Part shown: positions 19,144 to 28,576 of the stretch, piece after piece | Layout of the letters: every line of letters starts with the position of its first letter | Numbering within the stretch: position 1 is the stretch's first letter | IMG/VR virus record: IMGVR_UViG_3300031555_003155 | Origin: a virus | Lineage: Duplodnaviria > Caudoviricetes | DNA length: 64,000 bases | Direction: 5' to 3' (one strand) | Translations under genes and position numbers: made by a program | The notes under the pieces: generated by a model | The model's input: only the letters and a program-made list of their open reading frames with translations | Databases searched by the model: none | Told to the model about the DNA's origin: nothing

Positions 19144-21276
19144 TTATACGCGCTTGTTAATATCGATTTCGATAATACCACGCTTAGCAATCGTTCTAAA
19201 TACAACTGCAAGGTAACAATGGAGAATGCTTCTTTCTTCTTCGAAAGCATTCATGTCGAAATATACATTAAAGCTTCTAACCTTTTTATTTCTATAATCA
19301 GCGAATAATCTATCAGCATCTTGAGTAAATAATACTCTATCTTCAGCTTCAGCAAAATTATAGAGTTTTGAAGAAACAAATTCTTCAAGAATTCTCTTCA
19401 TTTCAAGAACAACAGCAACGTTGTTTTCTTCAGAGAGATCTGACCATTGTTTCTGTGATGTACCTTGTACTCCACGAACGTATGTATCTTCAGCGATACA
19501 TTCAAAGAAGTTAACTCTATTTGTATATAATGCTTCTTTTGTATCAATATCATCGGCATCAATCATAGGTCTAAGAGAATTCTTAATATATCCTGTGAGT
19601 AATGCATAATCGCGACCAACAAATGGAACTTGATTACCAAATGTTGTATAGTGTGTTGGAATATTAGCAGCTAAATAATATGTTGTTGTGACCCTCATAG
19701 TCTTTCCTGTGAACGGGTCTCTCATTTTATAGTTATTACATTCTTTACTAATAATTTTATCAGAAATATTGAATATTCCGTTAGGATTTGTAGCCCATGT
19801 AATAGCTTCTTGTGTTGTATTAAGTAAATTAGCATCCAGAATACAGCGTGCGTCATAACGTTTAATAGCTAATGCTGCTAATGCTTGTTTAACCTTCATG
19901 CTATAATTTGCATCATAAATAACTTCTGCAGGTGTGCGTCTCTTACTTAAAATAGCAGTGTCGATTTCACCCTTAAACGCCGCAATATATGCATCATCAA
20001 GGGCTTTAAGTCTATCTGCAGCATTTGCTGTAGATGAGAACGTCGAATCATCACCACCATTAAGAATGATTCCACCACCCTCAATATCAAATGATATAGT
20101 ATCATCATCACTAATAATCACATATCCTGCAACATTTGAAGCATGAATGAAGTCAAACTTTTCATAAGGAATTTTAGCTTCTTCGGGAACTTTAACGATA
20201 TTATCTTTGTTTTCATTATATTCTTTTATCTTTGCCTGTCTTTCTGCAAATACTTCTTCATATAACTTGTATATTTCTTCTAAATTACCTGTCGATGTAT
20301 TAACTTCGACCCATGAACTATTATCATCAGATTCATTAATAACATCATCAGCAAATATAGATACATTGCTAACAATAGCATTAGAATTCAATGATGCTGT
20401 AAATGTTTCCTTCTTTGATGATCCTCCATCTTTATCATATACTTCAAATGCATAGTTTTTATATCCGTTATCTTGATCAGATAATGAATCAGTTACAATT
20501 CTTAAGCTTAATGCATTACCATACACACCTCTACCCTTAGAAATAACTCCTAAAATTGGGTAGGGATAATATGTGTCTCCATTTGTGGTTGAACCATCAG
20601 CATTTGTTATTTGTTCAGGTTCTCCAGTAGTAGTATTCTTATACTTTTCAGATATTGTTGCAAATTCATCTTTATTTGTAATACCCTGATAAGTTATTGT
20701 TTTAATATTTTCACCATCTGCATTTGTTTCTGTCTTCTCAATTTTATCATTATTTTCTGTTCTAAATTTAACTCTAAGAACAGGAAGAGTTAATTCTTTT
20801 GCAGCAACTGCTTGTTGTGTTGTTGTGCCATTTCCATCTTTTACTTCAGGTATTGCAGGTTCTACTGTAATTGTTTCTGTTGTAGAGAACGTTTGTTTAC
20901 CATCTTCATCAGTAGTTTTACCTGATGTGATGTTAGCAACAACAATGGCGTTTGCATATGTTGCTGTGTCCGGCATAACTCTCATACACCAGCATTTTGC
21001 ATTCTGGCTAGTTAATGCCGCATATGGCATATATCCCGGCTGACCATATAAATCATAATTAGGTATACCGTATTCTTCAAGGTATTCTGTGGTGCTTGTG
21101 ATCTCTTTTATAACACCATCTTCTCCCTTAGGAGATGCGAATACATGTATAGAGCGAACTCCGTTTTCTGAAGGAGTTGCAGCGGTATCCTGGAAAATGC
21201 TATAATCATTAATATAAGTTTCAACATGAGGGACTAATGCGGTTGGAATAATTTGTCCTTGTCTGGGCATATCCAT
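19144..21276 (-). CDS. contractile tail sheath protein
   Basis: PHVETYIND N-terminus, GRGVYGN, LYTNRVNFF, LSEENN and C-terminal FRTIAKRGIIEIDI sheath pattern. Confidence 0.88.
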   Translation of the reverse strand: MDMPRQGQIIPTALVPHVETYINDYSIFQDTAATPSENGVRSIHVFASPKGEDGVIKEITSTTEYLEEYGIPNYDLYGQPGYMPYAALTSQNAKCWCMRVMPDTATYANAIVVANITSGKTTDEDGKQTFSTTETITVEPAIPEVKDGNGTTTQQAVAAKELTLPVLRVKFRTENNDKIEKTETNADGENIKTITYQGITNKDEFATISEKYKNTTTGEPEQITNADGSTTNGDTYYPYPILGVISKGRGVYGNALSLRIVTDSLSDQDNGYKNYAFEVYDKDGGSSKKETFTASLNSNAIVSNVSIFADDVINESDDNSSWVEVNTSTGNLEEIYKLYEEVFAERQAKIKEYNENKDNIVKVPEEAKIPYEKFDFIHASNVAGYVIISDDDTISFDIEGGGIILNGGDDSTFSSTANAADRLKALDDAYIAAFKGEIDTAILSKRRTPAEVIYDANYSMKVKQALAALAIKRYDARCILDANLLNTTQEAITWATNPNGIFNISDKIISKECNNYKMRDPFTGKTMRVTTTYYLAANIPTHYTTFGNQVPFVGRDYALLTGYIKNSLRPMIDADDIDTKEALYTNRVNFFECIAEDTYVRGVQGTSQKQWSDLSEENNVAVVLEMKRILEEFVSSKLYNFAEAEDRVLFTQDADRLFADYRNKKVRSFNVYFDMNAFEEERSILHCYLAVVFRTIAKRGIIEIDINKRV

Positions 21277-21295
21277 GACCTCCTTTTTATTATTT

Positions 21296-21307
21296 TATAA
21301 AAATGTT
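21296..21307 (-). promoter_or_regulatory. late promoter AACA-N6-TA
   Basis: AACATTTTTATA upstream of sheath. Confidence 0.7.
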
Positions 21308-21320
21308 CGCTTGTGCCGTA

Positions 21321-22058
21321 TTACATCTTTATTATTTTTTCGATAGGAGATTGAACCTGTTTCTTATTGTATTTATTGATATTTAATGAGGTTGTTATCA
21401 TTGCATCCATATCTTCAAATGTCAATGCTGCAAATGTAGAGTTTCGAGAACATATTTCACGAATACTAGCAGCTCGATAATCAAACTGTGACATTTTTGG
21501 ATCATTTCCTATTGCTTTAGCAAATCGTTCATTGGGATTATTTTTATTTCTATATATTTCTGCAATAATTATTTCTAATATAGATGCAGCGACATTCATT
21601 TTAACATTATTTAATTCAAGATTCTTTTCCCAAATATCTAATAATTTATTATAAGGAATATTGTTTTCTAATTTATTTCCAAAAATTATATCAATAAATA
21701 CTTCAGCATTAGAACTATCTTGTGGAATCGAATTAGGCATTACGGTGTCGCCTTTATAAAATTTACATACTTTATATTTTTTAGGTTCGGGATTCGGGTC
21801 ATTTTTCATATGCATAGTAACATCTCCCAGTTCTGATGGATATAAATAAATCAATGACGGAAGGTTTAATATTTCTGTTAAAACTTCTTTCATATTACTA
21901 TCGAATACGGTACATGTTAGTACACCGAATGTTTTAACAGAACGTCCTTGAGTTTCTGCTAATTTGCTATCATAATAACTCATAGGAATATATATTTCCA
22001 TATAATGACCGTTAAATACAAAACTAGACCCGTTATCAGATAAATATTTATCTAACAT
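21321..22058 (-). CDS. RNA polymerase beta' extreme C-terminal fragment (probably virion RNAP)
   Basis: ILEIIIAEIYR resembles beta' HIEVIVRQM; NSTFAALTFEDMDAMITTSL resembles [20 protein letters not shown]. Confidence 0.6.
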   Translation of the reverse strand: MLDKYLSDNGSSFVFNGHYMEIYIPMSYYDSKLAETQGRSVKTFGVLTCTVFDSNMKEVLTEILNLPSLIYLYPSELGDVTMHMKNDPNPEPKKYKVCKFYKGDTVMPNSIPQDSSNAEVFIDIIFGNKLENNIPYNKLLDIWEKNLELNNVKMNVAASILEIIIAEIYRNKNNPNERFAKAIGNDPKMSQFDYRAASIREICSRNSTFAALTFEDMDAMITTSLNINKYNKKQVQSPIEKIIKM

Positions 22059-22085
22059 AGTATACCTCCTTTTAATACAAAATAA

Positions 22086-22139
22086 ATATGGATAAAGGAA
22101 GAGATTATATATTCAATATATATCTTCCTTTATCCATAT
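22086..22139 (-). terminator. long hairpin with embedded late promoter (22131-22142)
   Basis: 17-bp stem ATATGGATAAAGGAAGA/TCTTCCTTTATCCATAT; AACATATGGATA on the minus strand overlaps one arm. Confidence 0.6.
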
Positions 22140-22164
22140 GTTTTTATTGTTCTCCGGAATATGA

Positions 22165-23139
22165 TTAATCGATTAAATCCATTACTTCTGTGATATTTGC
22201 TATAAATTTAGCTCTCTCTTCTTCACTATCAAACTTATTATAGAATAAGTTTTTGATATTTATTGTGAACTGTGTTAAGAATAATCCCCTATTCTTATTA
22301 TTGGTATTTTTAGCCCAACTAGCAACCATTGATATAATTGCAAATATAAAAATATTAGGATGTGACTGATGGTCTTCCGATAAGAATTTTTTTTCTAAAC
22401 CAGCAAAAGATGCTAAATCGGTAGTGATACCTAAAGACTGAATAACTTTCTTATATTTTCTATAAATATAATTTGAACGTTTATCATCTTTATAATCGCC
22501 CAATACATTTCTAGCTCTAAAAGTAGAATAAAAATCTTTTACATTGTCTAATGTAAATCCATAGTCATATTCTTTTATCAATAAAGAATATAATTCTTTT
22601 TTTCCTTCATCCGTAGCAGTTTCATATTTTTCAACCAATTTACTACGAATTAGATTACTCATATTACCAAATGTTGATACTACTCTATCAAACTCTTCCT
22701 GATTATCAGCAATTTCTTTTTCAATCTTAGCAAGTTCCTCGTCAAATCTTTCCATAGTATCTGATGATTTTTTCATAAATACTAGGAAATCTTTTTTAAA
22801 TTCCATCTCTTTATCATGAGTGTCGAAAGAAATACTTAATTCAAATTTCTCACCATTAATAGTATAAATATCTTCAACCTGAGAATATGATAGGTTTTCT
22901 ACTTCTTCAACACTCATTGATGCTAATCTTTCATCTATGATTTCGGCTTTATCTACATCTTTTATAAGCTTATTCTGCTCATTTTTCATTGTGTTCATCA
23001 TATTCTTAACATCATTTCTTTTTGATAACAAATTGAGCATTTTGAATTCATCAGCATTGTCATCTGTGACTATAGAATCCATAACATCATTATTTGTACT
23101 ATCAGTTGTTACATTATCCTTTTCTGTAATTTCGCTCAT
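22165..23139 (-). CDS. hypothetical helical protein
   Basis: 324-aa ORF with AGGAGG RBS; coiled-coil character. Confidence 0.7.
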   Translation of the reverse strand: MSEITEKDNVTTDSTNNDVMDSIVTDDNADEFKMLNLLSKRNDVKNMMNTMKNEQNKLIKDVDKAEIIDERLASMSVEEVENLSYSQVEDIYTINGEKFELSISFDTHDKEMEFKKDFLVFMKKSSDTMERFDEELAKIEKEIADNQEEFDRVVSTFGNMSNLIRSKLVEKYETATDEGKKELYSLLIKEYDYGFTLDNVKDFYSTFRARNVLGDYKDDKRSNYIYRKYKKVIQSLGITTDLASFAGLEKKFLSEDHQSHPNIFIFAIISMVASWAKNTNNKNRGLFLTQFTINIKNLFYNKFDSEEERAKFIANITEVMDLID

Positions 23140-23153
23140 AATATAAATTCCTC

Positions 23154-23912
23154 CTATTTCATTATTTTTTTAATTAATCTCATTTTTATATCAGTCTGAA
23201 TTTCATCGATAATATATTCATGATTATCTACACTCAGACCTATATACTTATTAACAAAATCTCCAAGCATTTGATTAGATTCTATTAACGATTTTATTGT
23301 CAATCCCTCATAATTATCAGAACCTGTGCTCAAGTCAATAAATTCATATGGTTCAATATCCAAATTTATAATATATTTAATTATTGATGGAAGGTTTGTA
23401 ATTATTGATAAGTCGTCAGGATTTTTTATTTGTTTCTTAAATGCTAGAGTAGATACATCTTTTTTATTTTTATCATTATAATACTCGGCAAGTTCTTTTT
23501 TATGTCTAATAATATATTTGGTTATATATTTGCTAATATTTTTCACATAACGTAAAATGAAATAATGATATAATACTTCACCTATCTCAATAACATCTGT
23601 TCTTGCCGATATTGTATTAATATCCAATCCTAATTCAAATTTATTATCTATTTCTTCAATAATAGATACAAAAAAACTGTGTAAATTATCATTTAAATCA
23701 CGTATAATATCTTCATTGTTTTCATAAGTAGATTTAAATGCATCGCATTTCTCTATAATAATATCAATATAATCAATATTAGTAGATAATGGGTCGTTTA
23801 TTTGTTCAGTTATACTTTCTTTAATTAATTGGAAAGGCAGTTCTGCCAATAAACTATTTGTTTCAAAATCTGATGATAACTCATAATTTTCACTATCATA
23901 AAATAATGACAT
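23154..23912 (-). CDS. hypothetical late protein
   Basis: Start reassigned to ATG 23912 (MSLFY) after AAAGGAG; late promoter at 23940-23951. Confidence 0.7.
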   Translation of the reverse strand: MSLFYDSENYELSSDFETNSLLAELPFQLIKESITEQINDPLSTNIDYIDIIIEKCDAFKSTYENNEDIIRDLNDNLHSFFVSIIEEIDNKFELGLDINTISARTDVIEIGEVLYHYFILRYVKNISKYITKYIIRHKKELAEYYNDKNKKDVSTLAFKKQIKNPDDLSIITNLPSIIKYIINLDIEPYEFIDLSTGSDNYEGLTIKSLIESNQMLGDFVNKYIGLSVDNHEYIIDEIQTDIKMRLIKKIMK

Positions 23913-23939
23913 TATAATATCTCTCCTTTCATACATTTT

Positions 23940-23951
23940 TATTCATTTGTT
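23940..23951 (-). promoter_or_regulatory. late promoter AACA-N6-TA
   Basis: AACAAATGAATA. Confidence 0.7.
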
Positions 23952-23962
23952 ATAATAAAAAT

Positions 23963-24008
23963 AATATTATACATATAATGGTTTTTGCCCCATTATATGT
24001 ATAATATT
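23963..24008 (-). terminator. intrinsic terminator after terL
   Basis: 19-bp stem AATATTATACATATAATGG/CCATTATATGTATAATATT. Confidence 0.75.
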
Positions 24009-26219
24009 CTATTCATTCAATTCATCAAATAAATCTAATGGCATATCGTCAAGAGTTTCGTCCATATCTAAATCCATGTTTTCAGAACTGCTAACAAATT
24101 TAATATTTCTATTAAATAAATCGGATTCTCTTTGAGCTTTTGCCATTTCATTTCTTATTTTAAGTTCGTACTCATCAAGTTTTCGCGGTTGAGGAATGTT
24201 ATTTGTTTTCTTTTTGCCTGATGCCATATCCAATTCTTCATGAGTAACTAATCCTCGCTTATCTTCTATTAGTTGTTTCACATTGTCAATGACATTTATT
24301 TCATCTAATGATGTAAAGTTTACACCTTTAAAGAATTCTTTATCATTTTCTGATAAATAATCTTCCATTTGGTCATATGTCATGCCCTTATTTCGATTAT
24401 CTTCATCCGGCAATTGACCTCTAACGAAACCAAATCTGTGTAGATTATTACCGTAATAATATAAATACAGACACATAAGATAAGACATAATAGAGTCGTC
24501 GTGGAACCCTGGTCCGGCAGCGATTTTCCCTGTCTTTGTGCGAACAAGTTTCATTAAATCATTTATTATGTTATTTGTAATAAATTTATCTTTATAATCT
24601 TTTATGTGTCCTTCAAGTAAACTAAACATAAGCTCTCTTGATTTACCTTGTGTGTAAATACCATATAACTTTCTTCGTTTAGCCTCTCGAACCAACATAC
24701 CTTGTGCATCAAGTTTATCATCAATATTACTACCAACCATATCCTTACTATTATCAAAATAGATATTTCCTCGTATATCGGTATCACGCAGATGATCAAG
24801 AACTGCTTCACCATTCGCGTTTCGTTCTATCGCCAATATAGAACGGGGCAAATGTTTTCTAACCAATACATATAAGAACTTTATTAAATCCTTTACACCT
24901 ATATTTGCTGACATAAATTCTGCTGCAGGCTGAATAGTATATGGGTCGAATATAGTTACGGCAGAGTTATCTTCACCATATCCATTTGCGACATCGACCC
25001 CTATGAAATAGCATTTATCTTTACGTAAAGGCTCATATATATCTAATTTGAATAATTTATTTATAAATATCTCTTCTTTTATTTGTCCTTTCAATTCTTC
25101 TATTCGAGCCAAATCTTCCGGTTCATATGGAGATTGAGATGAACCTCTTAATCTTTGAAGGAATATTTCTCTCTTTATTTTTAATGGATTATTATTTAAC
25201 AGCGAGCATACTTTATTGAACCAAACATCATCTTTACCGAGCTGTGTATATGAATATTCTATATACACAATATTATTTCCAGAGTTTATTTCAATATATT
25301 CCTTTACATCTTCTATAGGCTTATCATAAAAATGCTCTGTCCATTTACATGTATTTTCAACAACAGCCAATGCATCCTGACCAGACTGTGAGTCTAAGTC
25401 GCCCGGTGTGCTTGTGAATACACGACAGTACATAGCATTATTTCTTTTAGCATTCTCAGATGCAGTATTATATGCAGGACCTGAGGCTTCCATAATAGTT
25501 TTAACAAAATCTATAAACTCAAACTCATCATAGTATTGGATAGGCTGAGTCGCACCACGCCCTATCTTTTCTGCTTGAACAAGAGATCTTGCTGATGATT
25601 TTGTCACTATACTATTATTATTTGAGCCGTTTTTCAAAGTTTTAACGTTATCTGTAGCTTTTATTTCATTACCCTCTTCATCATACGCAATTTTAAATTG
25701 TAAATATTTAGGTAATAAATCTCTCTGGTCTTTTAAACGAGATAAGTTTTCAATTGCTTTATCTGCAAGCATGTTTATAAACATTATTTCCGAGTCAGTT
25801 GTTCCTAATAAAAATGTCCAGTTAATTATAGCAACAGTAGACTGCGTTTTACCTATCTGACGTGGTATTACTAGGTAATGGTCTATACCATTTAAAAAAC
25901 ACCAAGTTGCTGCTAGGTTTGCTCTATTTAATTGGTATGGGACGCCTTTTGGGTTACCTTGGTCGGGTATTCTTGCAACTTCTCGTAAAAAATACCAAGG
26001 ATTGACTATACACTCATTCACAATTCTAATGATCTGGTCATTAGATAAATAAGGGGAGTATGGGTCTACTCCCCTTAATGATGGATCATATAGAGCAAGG
26101 AAAAACATATTATTTTTTATTCCTAAACGTTTTAAATCGACCGCAGTTTGAATAAAGGATATATTGGTAGTTTCTGTATCATATATATACCGGCGTTTGA
26201 CCATAATATAGTCCTCCAT
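24009..26219 (-). CDS. terL: terminase large subunit
   Basis: Walker A PRQIGKT, Walker B YYDEFEF, coupling motif TSTP, nuclease GVDVANG...DNSA, IERN, HDDSIM. Confidence 0.93.
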   Translation of the reverse strand: MEDYIMVKRRYIYDTETTNISFIQTAVDLKRLGIKNNMFFLALYDPSLRGVDPYSPYLSNDQIIRIVNECIVNPWYFLREVARIPDQGNPKGVPYQLNRANLAATWCFLNGIDHYLVIPRQIGKTQSTVAIINWTFLLGTTDSEIMFINMLADKAIENLSRLKDQRDLLPKYLQFKIAYDEEGNEIKATDNVKTLKNGSNNNSIVTKSSARSLVQAEKIGRGATQPIQYYDEFEFIDFVKTIMEASGPAYNTASENAKRNNAMYCRVFTSTPGDLDSQSGQDALAVVENTCKWTEHFYDKPIEDVKEYIEINSGNNIVYIEYSYTQLGKDDVWFNKVCSLLNNNPLKIKREIFLQRLRGSSQSPYEPEDLARIEELKGQIKEEIFINKLFKLDIYEPLRKDKCYFIGVDVANGYGEDNSAVTIFDPYTIQPAAEFMSANIGVKDLIKFLYVLVRKHLPRSILAIERNANGEAVLDHLRDTDIRGNIYFDNSKDMVGSNIDDKLDAQGMLVREAKRRKLYGIYTQGKSRELMFSLLEGHIKDYKDKFITNNIINDLMKLVRTKTGKIAAGPGFHDDSIMSYLMCLYLYYYGNNLHRFGFVRGQLPDEDNRNKGMTYDQMEDYLSENDKEFFKGVNFTSLDEINVIDNVKQLIEDKRGLVTHEELDMASGKKKTNNIPQPRKLDEYELKIRNEMAKAQRESDLFNRNIKFVSSSENMDLDMDETLDDMPLDLFDELNE

Positions 26220-26222
26220 TCA

Positions 26223-27206
26223 TTAGCGTTTTAATAATAACTCCCTATCGACAGAATATTTATCGTTATTCAGCAATTTAGCATGGTTTATAAACCACTC
26301 ATCATCATATCCTAATTCTCTATAAGAATATTCAATACCAATATAATTGGTCAAACTATCTCTGCGGAGTTTATCCTTAACCGCTTCGATAGAAAGATCG
26401 TAAAACCAATCTTCCCAATGTAGTGATGTTTCGACGAACATTGCAATTTTATCATATTCAGGCATTTCATCAGGAATTATTTCTGTTGGTAATATAGAAT
26501 ATGATTTTGTTTCCATAGGAAGTGATGTTAATAAATCTGTAGTAACTGCCATTATTTCAAAATCCGGATATACAGAAATATTGTCTTTATTTTCATTTCT
26601 AATATCTTCAATTGTGCGTTTACTAACAGGAAATTTACTAGCTTCTAATTTTATCTCACCAGTATCGACGCGAGTTATCGTATAATTTTCTTTATCATAT
26701 ATTACTTTCTTTGCCATATATTCTGGCAAAGAATCAATTATATCACAAATAAATATGAAGAAAAGATTACCGAAATTATATATATCATTAATAATAATCT
26801 TATTATAATCTTTTCCAAATAATAATTCCCACACCATCATTGCTGCAGAACAATGCATATTATATGTAAATCTAGGTGTGACTATATGGTTATTTATATT
26901 ATTTATACAGCAATATACTGATGCCAGTTTTGCTAAATCTAGTTTATACTGAGTAGTTCCACCATCTGCAGTTTTAAATCTTACAATATTTCTTAAAAAA
27001 TACCATACATTATCTTCGCATTCAGAATTTATGATAGATATTTCCCCATCAGTTAATGATGGGGAAAATATATCCAATTCATCAGCAGAAGGATTTAATG
27101 TTTTTAAAAAGAAATCATTATTCATAACATGCTTATTTTTTAATAATTCCGATACATTTACAAATGACTCGTTAATTTGCATGTTTAAACCCTCCTTATA
27201 TAACAT
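26223..27206 (-). CDS. degenerate paralog of the terminase ATPase domain
   Basis: Colinear with TerL N-half (NNDFFL/NNMFFL, NVWYFLR/NPWYFLR, IEYSYRELGYDDEWF/IEYSYTQLGKDDVWF) but Walker A and B are altered. Confidence 0.8.
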   Translation of the reverse strand: MLYKEGLNMQINESFVNVSELLKNKHVMNNDFFLKTLNPSADELDIFSPSLTDGEISIINSECEDNVWYFLRNIVRFKTADGGTTQYKLDLAKLASVYCCINNINNHIVTPRFTYNMHCSAAMMVWELLFGKDYNKIIINDIYNFGNLFFIFICDIIDSLPEYMAKKVIYDKENYTITRVDTGEIKLEASKFPVSKRTIEDIRNENKDNISVYPDFEIMAVTTDLLTSLPMETKSYSILPTEIIPDEMPEYDKIAMFVETSLHWEDWFYDLSIEAVKDKLRRDSLTNYIGIEYSYRELGYDDEWFINHAKLLNNDKYSVDRELLLKR

Positions 27207-27209
27207 TTA

Positions 27210-28493
27210 TTAACCTTGATAACCTTTTGGATAACGTATAAAAACGCCATATTCCTTATCAATTATCTTCATAGCCATAATCTGTTCTCTTAATTTGAGT
27301 AGCTGGTCTTTCATATTCATAAGTGTACTCTTTGATTGAGACACTCTATTAGATTTACCCATTTCAATCAAATCTAATGCAGTATTTATCTGGTCGAGCA
27401 GTACATACAATCTATCCAGTAAATATATTTTATCATCAGTATTTTGAATATTACCGATATCAACTTCAAGAATATCTATATCGGACTGTGATACTTTCTT
27501 AACTTTTCCAAGTTTATCAAATAAACCAACGGATGCTTCTTTCAATATTTTATTAACATCATTCATCAGTATCTGTTCGTATTTCATTTGACTGTACACA
27601 TCTTGCGGTACTCTTGAATACTGCTCGGATAATAATTCACGATATTTATCAGTAGACTCACCAAAGAATGAAGCATGAATATCCTGGACAACTCTTTTAG
27701 TCAAATCACTAGGAGTCTTAAGCATTTCAACTTTAAGAGAATTTCGTAAAACTTTCTTTCTAAATTCAAGTTCTTTAATATTAAGCACTGTCCAGTTAAC
27801 TATTATTTCTATTTCTTTTTCAACTTCTTTATCTTCTCTATTAATTAATGAATTACCTTGAGATTGAATCAATTTTCCTATAAATTCATCCAATTCATTA
27901 CCATATCCATACTTAATAACGAACTTATCAGCATGTCTTTCAGTATTAGTATTTGTAAATGCAAATGATTTTGTTGTGCATGACTCTAATATTGCTAAAT
28001 TAAAAAGCTTTCTTATCTTCTTATTAGCAACTAATGCTTTCATCTGATAATTTAACTTCATTAATTTAAAGCGAAGAATCTTATTTAATCTTCTCGGAAT
28101 TGTATTGTCATAGACTATATGACCAATTTCATGCAATAATACAGCCACAATCTCGCTTGGGTTAGCATTGAGTTTTGTATCATATAATAATATGCTATCA
28201 ATTTCGATATACCAAACATCATTATTCTGCCATAATTTTACGATCTCTTCTGTAGAAGATTTCTTTTCAATGATAGATTCTACAAGAATATCCATTGTAG
28301 ATACTGACGGGAATATATTCATCCCAAAAAATGAATTTGTTGCATTATTTACTATAGATAAATTAAAATTGAGGTCAAATTCACGTGAAAGTGTTCGTTC
28401 GATTTTGGCGAGGTTACCATTAACATCGTCTTTGTTCTTTATAGAACCAAAACACTTTTCTATGAAAATCAAATTATCACTTTTAGTTTTCAT
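27210..28493 (-). CDS. putative virion zincin-like metalloprotease
   Basis: EIVAVLLHEIGH (HExxH) with downstream ERHADKF; located right after the capsid gene. Confidence 0.65.
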   Translation of the reverse strand: MKTKSDNLIFIEKCFGSIKNKDDVNGNLAKIERTLSREFDLNFNLSIVNNATNSFFGMNIFPSVSTMDILVESIIEKKSSTEEIVKLWQNNDVWYIEIDSILLYDTKLNANPSEIVAVLLHEIGHIVYDNTIPRRLNKILRFKLMKLNYQMKALVANKKIRKLFNLAILESCTTKSFAFTNTNTERHADKFVIKYGYGNELDEFIGKLIQSQGNSLINREDKEVEKEIEIIVNWTVLNIKELEFRKKVLRNSLKVEMLKTPSDLTKRVVQDIHASFFGESTDKYRELLSEQYSRVPQDVYSQMKYEQILMNDVNKILKEASVGLFDKLGKVKKVSQSDIDILEVDIGNIQNTDDKIYLLDRLYVLLDQINTALDLIEMGKSNRVSQSKSTLMNMKDQLLKLREQIMAMKIIDKEYGVFIRYPKGYQG

Positions 28494-28528
28494 ATCCTAT
28501 CACCCTTTCATAAAAATAGTAAAAAAAT

Positions 28529-28561
28529 ATAGAGAACTCTTATTAATTAAGAGTTCTCTAT
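28529..28561 (-). terminator. intrinsic terminator after major capsid gene
   Basis: ATAGAGAACTCTTA/TAAGAGTTCTCTAT plus T tract on minus strand. Confidence 0.8.
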
Positions 28562-28576
28562 GTTATTATTAAAAAA

